A stretch of 64,000 nt of DNA, from the NCBI GenBank assembly GCA_965649765.1, contig OZ287748.1:32426001-32490000 (forward strand), in the 5' to 3' direction. The position numbers and the translations under genes were made by a program. The notes beneath the pieces were generated by a model that did not search any database, had not been told where the DNA came from, and saw only the letters and a list, made by a program, of their open reading frames with translations. Positions 51,053 to 62,085 of the stretch are shown in pieces. Each line of letters begins with the position of its first letter. Positions within the stretch are counted from its first letter, which is position 1. The stretch comes from Bispira polyomma. Lineage: Eukaryota.

Positions 51053-52635
51053 TGATTGGAGGTGTACGAATACAAAGCCTGGGTATTTCTTCAATTCCAA
51101 GAGTGGTAAAGTGTCGTACATCCCCTGGTTTGGAATGAGTTATTACTAAAACTATAAAATAAAATATTCTTACTGAAGGAACTAGTTAACTAAACGTAAT
51201 AAACGTCATATAGGAATACAGAGCTCCCCTAAATCCCACATTGTAGTCCTTGATTTCAAAATACTTCAAAAACAATCGGTGACACGAATAGCTCATCATG
51301 TTAGATTTAATATTTGTCATCTTTGATTCACCATCTCAATTACAACAATATAGTAGAGTGGCTTATACTCAAAGTTGCAAGCGCAGTATTTAGAAGTTTA
51401 ATCATCTATTAATCACAGTCACAAAAACTAATATCTGTTTTAAAATTCTGTTTAATCAAACTGGCAATAAAATGACATGAAATCGAAGTAAACCCTGTCT
51501 TATACCAATAAAAGTCCCTAAAGCTGAATTTAAAACAAAAACAAAAGATCGCCAGATCTCTTATTGCAATTTAGTATCAGCACAGCACATCCTTGAAGTA
51601 TTTGTAACTACATGTGCAATTTACTCAACTGAATTTGAATTAAGTTGGGTTGAAAAAAGGTTTGCTTCGGAATATAAGATCGTGCCAGTGTGGCCTCGTG
51701 GATGACACACTCATTGTTAAAAGAACAGGACCTGTGTTTGATCCTAGGTCCAGTCAGATAAGTAATGTCCAAAATGGCAACATTCATATACTGTGTCCCA
51801 TTGCTAGTTGCAAACTATTGAACCTGAGGATGCTAAATTGTTATTGACAGGCGCCGTTCTTCAGTCAGGTAAAATGGGGCCTGGTGGTCAGAAACACCTT
51901 CTTGACAATCAATCGCCAATGTGAGGAGTAAATCACGTTTGTTCCTTGCTGTGACAAAGTTTGTCAGATTTACAATGTTTCTTCCATTACTGAATCCGGC
52001 AGTCGCAATATGACATATGATGTTGTATGCGATGAAAACCCAACTTAATTCAAATTCAGTTGAGTAAATTGCACATGTAGTTACAAATACTTCAAGGATG
52101 TGCTGTGCTGATACTAAATTGCAATAAGAGATCTGGCGATCTTTTGTTTTTTTTTTAAATTCAGCTTTAGGGACTTTTATTGGTATAAGACAGGGTTTAC
52201 TTCGATTTCATGTCATTTTATTGCCAGTTTGATTAAACAGAATTTTAAAACAGATATTAGTTTTTGTGACTGTGATTAATAGATGATTAAACTTCTAAAT
52301 ACTGCGCTTGCAACTTTGAGTACAAGCCACTCTACTATATTGTTGTAATTGAGATGGTGAATCAAAGATGACAAATATTAAATCTAACATGATGAGCTAT
52401 TCGTGTCACCGATTGTTTTTGAAGTATTTTGAAATCAAGGACTACAATGTGGGATTTAGGGGAGCTCTGTATTCCTATATGACGTTTATTACGTTTAGTT
52501 AACTAGTTCCTTCAGTAAGAATATTTTATTTTATAGTTTTAGTAATAACTCATTCCAAACCAGGGGATGTACGACACTTTACCACTCTTGGAATTGAAGA
52601 AATACCCAGGCTTTGTATTCGTACACCTCCAATCA
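51053..52635. repeat. Long inverted repeat: 599-bp arms (51053-51651 and 52037-52635), 385-bp spacer
   Basis: The arms are reverse complements over their full length; only two mismatches noticed by eye; no TSD. Confidence 0.95.
51683..52058 (+). mobile_element. Diverged tRNA-derived SINE forming the inverted-repeat spacer
   Basis: A box gtggcctcgtgg, degenerate B box gtgtttgatcc, tail atatgacatatgatgttgtatgcgatgaaaacccaac running into the right arm. Confidence 0.55.
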
Positions 52636-52712
52636 GTCCCTTCTTTATCTATTCAGAGATTCTGTTCCTGAATATTAAAAGAGAATCCTGACAGTTATCT
52701 CCATCAAATGAA

Positions 52713-52995
52713 GAGGACTCAGTGGTATAGTGGTTAATGCACTGGCCTACCACCTCTGAGGTCATGGGTTCGAATCTCTGCAGTGGGGAAGTTGATGCCT
52801 GAGGTTTACAGTGCAGAATCTTGACCAACTAGTATGCACTGCGTTCCCTGACCAGCAAAACTTCTTGTCAACCCATCCATTAAATAGTGGTAACGCTATT
52901 GTTTCCTACATCTGAAATCTTGACCAACTGCCCTGTTTAGATATCATCCTCTAGTAAAATGTCCGTCGTGACATTGAACTCAAACTAAATATAAA
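52713..52995 (+). mobile_element. tRNA-derived SINE
   Basis: A box tggtatagtgg, B box ggttcgaatc, body ggtttacagtgcagaatcttgaccaactagtatgcactg shared with the 7120 copy. Confidence 0.7.
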
Positions 52996-53438
52996 CTAAA
53001 TGCATGCAATAAAACCACAGAAAATATAGGTAACTTATCGAAATTAGGATAATTTGGAAGTTGGTCTGGTAATTCCAAGGTTCCTGATTTGATTCCTGTT
53101 AATGCCATTAGGTCCATTGGTGGGATAACACCATTGGACAAGATGTGAAAATGCCAGTGAAAATGCCATTGCCTACCGATAACGACTTAGGCTATGTTGT
53201 GGGACTTTCCCTTTCAGAGAATGGGCTTGTCAGAGGGTGATATATGAATAGGGCACTATATGACTTCTTCAAAAATAATAATAATAATCTCTTGGCTATG
53301 TTTGTCTTCACATTATGAGATTCTGCCGAGAGATCCGTATAGAAATTAGAAAAGATTTGTGCATATTTTATATGGCTGTTATATCAGGATCAGGTTTTGA
53401 GAATTGTTTCAGTTTGAATGAGTATGATACATCACTAA

Positions 53439-54558
53439 GCCTAGGCTTCCTTTCAGCCGATTCCGATGTTGGCCGATTCCGATATACTCAATATTTGTCG
53501 GATGTTCACATTTACAGTTCAATAAGGGGACCAATATTTACTTTTGTAAGTTACATATAATGTTGGTCAGGTACAACCTCCATTTTTGTTTAAAAATTGG
53601 TAAGCCTGTTCCACTGTCAAGATCGATCTGGAGCAGCCTCGATTTTGACAACCTTTGTGGCACCCTACTGAATCCTCTGGACCATCTGCCGAGATAGATT
53701 ATGATCCAGGACAGGAAATGCCTAAAATATTTTAAAATGCCCTTGATAATGCGGCAGTTAACCTGGGTAATCTTGTGGGACCCAACATTTTAACTGCGAT
53801 AACCAGGGCCCCAGGCGGGCCCCCCTCCCCAATCGTGAAGATCAGTCTTGGTGACCTCCCTGATTGTAAAGATCAGTATGGGTGAACTCCCCGATTGTAA
53901 AGATCAGTCTGGTTGACACCCTATTTGACTGATTTCCTGTGTTTGTCTAGGGTTTGGGGTATAAAAGGTCAGTTTTATTCCATGTTCCAGACAGTTGAAT
54001 TTTTTTCCCAAAGAGCAATCTTTACAATCGAGGTGTCACTCCAGTTGATCTTAACAATCGGGAAAGCCACCCCAGTTGATCTTAACAATTGGAGAAGCCG
54101 CCTCAGTTGATCTTAACAATCGAGGAAACCACCCAGGTTGATCTTTACAATAATAAGGATTGTATTTTGTTGTTTTAGGGGGATGAGGGGGAAATACACC
54201 ATTAGGGTTACTCAGGGCTACTCCCGATTATCCGGGCCCAGAGGGAGGTAAAATCTCCAATCAGCCCATTTTATGAACATGTTCAGAAACTTCACGATAG
54301 CGTTATTTGATCCTCAGATCACCAGGATTACGACCCTGACTGTCCAGATCATCATGACCGATCGGGAGAGCTACAGGATTACGTATGGGGTGTCCAAAAT
54401 GGAGACTGCTCCCGATCTATCTTGACAGTGGAACAGCTAACTCTAGACGTCTGCTGACATCTGATTGGAACTGATGCAAAAATGTTCCTAACATTTACAG
54501 TGACTAAAATATTCGGCCGATGTCGGCTGAGAAATATCGGCTAAAAGGAATCCTAGGC
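53439..54558. mobile_element. PIF/Harbinger-type MITE (outer element of a nest)
   Basis: TAA|GCCTAGGCTTCCTTTCAGCCGAT ... ATCGGCTAAAAGGAATCCTAGGC|TAA. Confidence 0.75.
53604..54437. mobile_element. PIF/Harbinger-type MITE (inner element) with inverted 31-bp repeat arrays
   Basis: TAA|GCCTGTTCCACTGTCAAGATCGATCTGGAGCAG ... CTGCTCCCGATCTATCTTGACAGTGGAACAGC|TAA, with ~31-bp units at 53830-53915 and, inverted, at 54015-54150. Confidence 0.85.
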
Positions 54559-55009
54559 TAACCTGATCTGAATATTGTAATGTTAATAAGCCACTGTAAA
54601 GCATGGTCTGCAGGAAAGAGACTTCCTAGTGGTATGTAAACCATCATCTCTGTTTGGGGACACAATTTGTCATTATGGGTAAAATGTATTAATGCTATGA
54701 GGACACTACCTTAGCCCAAATTTTCATCTTTCATGTTCTCTACAGATGTTTAATGATGTCATTAAAACCCATTAACGCTTGGTGAACATGCTACTGTTTG
54801 ATGTATTGACACAGGGGGGACATGAAGAAGTGGTGTAAAGTACTGAAATATGCTACGTTGATTTATTAGATATGGCTTATTCTGTATATTTTAAGCATTA
54901 TCATAGTTTTTAGTAGTTCTCGGCTTTTAACAATCTACACTCATGCTTTGCACTGTTTTACCCATGTTATCTTGCTGAATTGTATTAACATAGACCTGCC
55001 ATATTGTCA

Positions 55010-58000
55010 AATTTAGTGTGGTCTAAAACTGGTGGTTTTACTGTACAGCTTCAGTTGCATACCGTTTAGAGATTGATTGCCTGTTGTGTATGATCTAAAT
55101 ACCCCACTGGCTATTCCCTATACTTCATTAAAGGATCAATTTGCTTAATTAATCTACATTTAGTAAAATCAACATTGGTTATTCACTACAGAATAGAATA
55201 GATAATCACTTAACCGGGTTAAATATAATGAAGACAGATTTGAAAAAATTCAGAAAGTGTCTTCAAAACAAATCAATTGTTCCAGTTGTGGTAGAGTTCA
55301 TATGAAATAATAGGAATTGATGACGTCATCTGTGCCATAGGTAATCAACAATCACAACTATATGACATTTATTTACCAGATAATAAAACCATAACCGGAA
55401 AGTTTTAGTGAATGGAAAAAATGTAGTTCCAAAGATATTTGGTCCATACAAAATCATATTAAATATATCATTCTTTTTTTTGATTAATAAGTCTAATATC
55501 AATGCAGATATGCTTAGTAATTTTGGGGAATGCATATAGAGTATAACAACATCCTCGGATTGCCAGGCAAAGGCAGTGGCTCAGATGATACAAAGAAAAG
55601 ATGAAAAAGCAGAAAGCTTTTTAGAATTTGACAATGTTGAGAGACGTATATCAAACTTTCTGCAGTATGGTACTGATCAAACAATAATGAGAGTTTATAT
55701 AGCATTGATTACAGTGTCATTTGGTCCTATCCCAAGAATTTTTTTTTACTTTCTTCAAAGCAAGAAAATGGTGTGCTTGATACAAAAAGGGAGAATATTA
55801 GAAAGTCTATAATTCAAGTTCTATATTTGTAGAGTTTCAGACTACTATTTTAGAAAAAAATACCTCATTAATTGTAATATGTAATGGGTACATCGCAAAT
55901 TTAAGCTTTGAAAACACCACTTCTTTATGAATTTGTTTCACACGTGAGATTTCCCCCCCTTTAAATTATGTCATTTTATTGCTATATGGAAAACACACCT
56001 TGAGTCTTATTTCATTATTTATAATCCAGTACACCACGTAAGACTAAATATTGCAGACAAATAGCTGAACTAAATGACACACTAACCAAGATAATTGTAC
56101 CCCAAAAAACTGTGAATATTAGGAAGAATGAATCAAGACAGATTAAGCTATTGTCATTACCAACGGTGTCCTCTCGTTGTCAGGTGTCTGTTGTGTGTCT
56201 CCTAGCCTTATTTAAGGCTCAAGTATGGACTGTAAAAGTAAAACATGTCTAAAAAAAAGACGGAAACAGACTCAGACAAAATAACAGTTATTGTTTATCT
56301 ATATTGTAGTTTTCAAAATAGAGTAAACATAATATAATTTTTTTTTCAGGGACCGTTTTCACAAGAAGGTCTTAGTCCTAGGCTTAACATTTATGCCTAA
56401 AATATTAAAGGCTGCTTACTGTCAATCTTATTGTTAAGTACAAAGTTCTTTTTTTCCAGTCACTGGGACAAACATCTTAGCTTTTCTGTGAAAATCATTA
56501 ACGACCAAAATCTAAGTTATGATTGAGACGTTTTGTGAATTCAGAGCCAGAATTGTGTAATGTTTATCTGTTGAAGTCAGTGTATACAGGGAAAGAGATA
56601 GAAATATAGTAGGAAATATTGAATATTATATTACTGCATATAAGGGACTTGAATAATACAAATTCAGTTGGGGCGAAGGATGTGGGTGTGTCAATTAAAA
56701 TACAAATATTGTTGTCGATATATCTTCTTGTTTCAGTATTGAATATTGTAGGATATAAATCCTAAACAATTTTATTTATGTAAAGAAAACCTTTTAGTAT
56801 TTATGTTGTTTCCTTCATAATATGTAACTCACTGAACCTAGAGTAGGATTTGAAATAACTACCTAAATAATCCACGCCTTGAGCAAGTCTGTGTGTGTGG
56901 GTCTTTGTCAACCAACAGAGCACATTCAGGTGTTCAATGGGGTTTAGAGAGCTTGTTTGACATGCTTTAAATACATGTAGATGTGGTGTCTCTGTTTAGA
57001 AGTGGGATCTCGGAACACAATCTGCATGTCACACACTCGAAACACAAATACCTTGTTATTGATATGTGGAGTGTGAACACTCTGGACAAAACCTATAATG
57101 GAAATGGGCTTATGTTAATTGGTCACCTAAATTTAAATATTCATCCTTTACCTTAAGATATTCACAGGTGTCAACAACTTTTTCAACTATGCTTTAAGAT
57201 TTTAAAGGATAACTGACTTTATTTAACTTTGATATGCTGCATATCTAAATATCCCTTCACCAAAATAAGAAATTGTAAGTTCTTCTAAGTTCAGTTTAAG
57301 TCTTAGCATAAGCTAGAAATTTGCCTTAAATTTATCCCACTTGAATGTATCACAAACAAGCCAATATACTCAGCATTCTGCAGTCCCTAACACCGGGCAG
57401 ACGACATTTTTTGACAGGTTAAGGCTATTTTCCCTACATAAAATGAATGAAGTAAGATGTTTACAAGATTCCAAATTTATATTGAAATCTAATATAAAAT
57501 TATATTTAGGGCCGTAGTGGACATTTCTTGTCTACTGAATAACAAATGTCTTTATAAAATGTTATTATGAATGAAATTCATCAAAATTATTCAACCTTGG
57601 AATGGAATATATTGTGCCTGTCAACTTATCTGTTTTGGATATACAATATATTCTATTTTATTGTTTTTATTTTTTGTTTCCTACCCATCAAACTAAATAG
57701 ATAATAAATTTGAATATCTAATGTCAGTGTAATAACTTTTAAAAATAGAAAACAATGTACATTTTTTATACCAGAGCAGTTGCCACTTATAATATTTTAG
57801 AATTCCTACATTTACAAGTATAGCTACAAACACAATGACAATTGCATAAACAAATCTTTGGCGAATGAGACCATTGTGATTATTTGCAATGGCAGGCCTT
57901 TTGCCTTCTGACAGGCATTGTTTACGACACTTGAAGGCTGTGAGTGCGATGTTGGCAAGAAATCAATGCTGTTATTCATCGTGTGTTCACATTTCAAAAT

Positions 58001-58030
58001 ATTCATTCACCCATTGTTTATGTTGACCAC
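55010..58030 (-). pseudogene. Disabled TRP/TRPM-like channel region (pre-S1 and S1-S6/TRP-box-like segments)
   Basis: Minus translations: NILKCEHTMNNSIDFL and FVYAIVIVFVAILVNVGIL (57.8-58.0 kb); FLIFSLFVSS..., MILYGPNIF...FRLWFYYLVNK (compare TRPM S4 [20 protein letters not shown]), TDDVI, FLNFFKSVFIIF, then LILLN...SFNEV (S6/TRP-helix-like). Many stops and frameshifts; by-eye match only. Confidence 0.45.
56347..56550. mobile_element. MITE with TIRs related to the 3695 element
   Basis: cagggaccgttttcacaaga ... ttttgtgaattcagagccag. Confidence 0.5.
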
Positions 58031-58464
58031 TTTTAGTGTCAAAATATTAGGACTTGAGATCCCTTGACTAATTATTGCTATCACTTTTCGCCCATTCAGT
58101 GAAAATCCTCAACAGAGATACTGGACACCATCCATTTGTAGACCTGTCCATAAGGAGGGTCACTAGTCTATGGAATCTTACTATTCACTAAATTCAAATA
58201 ATCTAAAGATACATATTGAGAAGAATATAGACTGCATACTCCAAAAAAATTAATCTGCAGGGAAAGAATGGTTTGCCTATATACATATATAGTGTTCTAC
58301 ATATTAAGTTAAATATAAATTTGATATATTAGTCGCTCAATTCAGAGATAAATAGACAACATAATGCAAAAAGGATTAATTTGCAAAGACAAAAACCTTT
58401 TCCCCACATACATATATGTCTATGTAAATGTTATTAACATGTGATCTTAATATTTAAAGTATTA

Positions 58465-59022
58465 TACATATTTAAAGTACATGCCAATTAAAGGTATCTG
58501 TGTGGCCATTTTAATAATGCAGTTATTGCACAATATTGTACTATTTGATGGACACAGTTAAAAGTTACATCTACACCTTTGATAGACATAAACGTGTTTG
58601 TAAACCTCAAACTGAAACTAGATTATAATAAAGTAGATAAATGTTCTATTCACCAGTCTATGTGAGAAATAATTGTAACCTCTTGAAACGATTCCTCTTT
58701 TGATGTCTATAAAACATGAGATTTTTATAGTGATAAATTACATATTTACATATTTAAAGTACATGCCTTAAATTAAAGGTATCCATGTGGCAAGGAATTG
58801 TCCATTTAACTAATGCAGTTATTGCACAAGATTGTATTATTTGATGGACCTTATAAAAACTTACATCTACACCTTTTATAGACATAAACATGTTTGTAAA
58901 GCTCATACTGAAACTAGATATAGAGAAGATCAATCTTGTATTCACCAGTCTATGTGAGAATTGTAACCTCTTGAAATGATTTCCCCTTTTTTGTCTGTAA
59001 AACATGAGATTTATGGTGATAA
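58465..59022. repeat. Diverged tandem duplication, 2 x ~280 bp
   Basis: tacatatttaaagtacatgcc...ttcaccagtctatgtgagaa...aaacatgagattt at 58465 and 58747. Confidence 0.85.
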
Positions 59023-61899
59023 TTTTCATCATAATTACAACTCGACCATGTTGTTTTGATACCAAACATAGTGCAAATGGAGTCAAAAGACAATATTGGT
59101 TTACATGACATGACATTTGGAGAATGTAGCATGACCCACCCTGTCCAATGACCACTAGCCATAATGTCCGTACCCAGCTGTTCTTCTGTCTATTAAAACA
59201 CAAAAACAACCTAAAAATTACAGACCAGTAACCCTTTTAGAGATTACAAGCCTCTATTCTCTTCCATTTGATTTTTATGTGTATTTTGACAGGGGAGGCC
59301 AATCTGAATTCTGGTTTTACCCCACAATTACTTAAGCTTACCTAATATGTTATTTTAGAGGCCTTTTTCTATTCATTGCATGTCACCACATTATTATATA
59401 GTCCACTGTGAAATCTATATCTCTCTCCTGGGTAAGATTTATTATTTTACTCTCTATTTGGTCACTTTTTCTCTTGTCCTGTAATGATATACTGAATATC
59501 AAGCTACACCCTTTCCCCCATATAAAGGACAATACATCAATCTTATTAAATTTTAAAGGGATCAACTGCAAGAAACTGTAATATTTTCTTTTGCCACTTA
59601 AACTATACACGAGGCAGTTGACAAAATCTGGCAATAACATTCACAATGATTAATCATTGTGGAATGTCATAACTGTTTTTAATCCATACCACCGGTGTCT
59701 AACAACTAGGGTGCTTCTCTGTCTCAAACAATTGATTTGCTCATAAACTTCTGATTCTTTCCAGAAGACTGCTTTAATTTACCAGCACAGGGTTTAGGGA
59801 CAAAAAACACCCAGTTATAAATATTTGTCAATATAAATGTGATTATACCACTGTTGTAGGTCTGTTACATATCTCTTACAAATGGTCCATGTAGACATTG
59901 TGTGTGCATACACTTCACAAAATTGCATGAAAAGCATGTAATATTGCTAGGATTGGAGTGGCTTTTTCTGTCATTCCCATGGTCTGTATTGTAGCATTCT
60001 TTGATCAGTACACAGTTGTGGTTTGGGGTTTTAAGGACTTTATAAGTGCTTTCCTCTTAACAATCACCAGCTGAGGGGATAATAGTAGCCACTCTAAGCA
60101 TTTTACTGGGTTAAACTCTCAACTTTTGACTGTATATACTACTCTGTACATAAAAGAACAATCTGTCAAGGATTACAGTCCCGAGTAGTTCTAAAGTATG
60201 TGCAATTGGAAATTATCCTACACTGTAAGAGAAATAACTAATGTTCTTTTGTACATAATATATTGTAAGCAGTTGCAAGATGTGGTTAACTTCAATAAAC
60301 CTTTTTTAACAAGAAGATATTTAAATTCTTAAATTTTCTCTGTGTGCACACAACATTTCAGTGTTGTATTTAGACCAAATTTTGCCAATGTAGACCACTC
60401 AAATACTCATGGTCAAGCCAATAATGATTAGCTTTAAGGTGACATGATTGAAATCTATAGCTCAGTGAGATTTAAAGCTTAAGAAATCAGACAGGCTTAA
60501 GATAAGGATATATTCTAGTTCTGTCTCTGTAGTTCTGTTTGACTCCTACCTTAATCCTTACACTCAGTGACCTCTAGTACAAAGGTAAGCTTTTTGTGCA
60601 AAATGTCAGTATCTTTGTGAACGGGAAGAAGTGGCCGCCGTCATGCCATATGCGAATCTTATTAAATTTAATGGTGTTACCTCGTCTGTGTTCTTCGTTT
60701 TTAAAATGTCTCAAGATTGAGGCTAATACTTAAACAGAAAAATAAAATCCCTGAAATATCCTTACAATGAAGATATTCACACAGGTAAAATGTTGTGTCT
60801 TAATCATAATCTGTGAATAAATATTTTTTTATTAAGTTTTATCCCACTGGGATCCAGTCAGCACACATGCTTATATTAAACCATCAGCTTAATATTGAGG
60901 AAGAAAAAAATGAAGACATTGGTTCTATTTAGAAAAGGTTGCAGGTATATCATCACACCCTTGTGAATGTGAACACGCCCACATAGCCTGTAATTTGAAG
61001 GTACTTGGGGACAAGATTAGCATAAGAAGAGGGTAAATGGGCCATATAGTGAGGAAGGGGTTTGAAGAGGGTGGATGGGGGACTTTAGGTGTGTCATCAA
61101 ATGTACTAGGTGCAAGTTTGATCTTAAACTGGTGTTCTGGACAATTTAGTTACAATATAAACTTCACTTCTGCTATTATAATAAGGATCGCTGTGTGTAC
61201 TAGTCATAAATTTGAAGGCTGAATTAGTTTTACTGACTTAAAAATAGTATTTGGTTTCACCAGGTATAAGTTTATAGCCATACTGTCACACTTAATAACA
61301 CTTTCAAAGTGTAGTAAGATAAACATACCATAACAACAATATTACTTTTATATTTTAAAGGTTTGTTAAAGTATTAGTAATAGCTACACGTTTTGTTGAG
61401 TGAAATCCCATCTTAAATTCATCAAATTAAAGCTGAAATAAGACTGCCACATGCAAATTTTTATTATAAGGAGATGTTAATCTAGATATCTGGTTTAATG
61501 GACATAAGTATTAACTCTGTAATTTTGATGAGTGATTCGATGTGATGCAAAGAATTTACAAGCCTTGTCTGTGGCCCTCATTTTCTTTGAATATAATGAA
61601 CAATCCTTTTGAAGAAATTTCAGCTGCAAACATAAAAAACAAAACAACTGAAAAAACGACTTTAGACAAGAAGGCATCTTTTGGTACATAGAAAGAAAAC
61701 TTTATGCTAAAGTAATTGTATATATAGTCAAGGTATTGTTCTTATTATTGAATTATTTATATACCCTGTTGATATATCATCATTTGAGGTACTCTGAAGG
61801 ATAGTTCCACAATAAGCCTTCGTCGTCATCAGTAGCAAATGGCACGTTCACTTCTTGCCCAAGGATGTCATTCCACCAATGAAACTATTGGCATTTGCA

Positions 61900-62085
61900 A
61901 GAGTCGAACTAAGAACCTTTTGATCAGCAGACCAACTCCCCCAATCGAGCGTCAAATTGGGAACCTTCTGATCGACGGACCAACTGCCCCCCATCGGGAG
62001 TCAAACTGGAGATCTTCTGATCATCAGACCAACTAGTCTAACTGGGAGCCGGACTTAAGACCTCCTGATCACCAGACCAACTCCC
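61900..62085 (-). repeat. Four-copy 48-bp coding-like tandem repeat (16 aa)
   Basis: Minus frame GSWSGDQEVLSPAPS*, TSWSDDQKISSLTPDG, GSWSVDQKVPNLTLDW, GSWSADQKVLSSTLAN; one stop and one +1 G frameshift. Confidence 0.75.

Noticed and set aside
51053-52635. Foldback or TIR transposon
   Set aside because: No target-site duplication, no modular TIR repeats, and the inner arm boundary cuts a SINE tail.
52713-52790. tRNA gene
   Set aside because: A and B boxes are present but there is no closing acceptor stem or clean cloverleaf, and the sequence continues into a SINE body shared with other copies.
55310-55812. Plus-strand Penelope-like RT (IDDV...SFLE)
   Set aside because: The motif spacing (~100 aa) is too long, and the minus strand gives a more coherent TRP-like reading.
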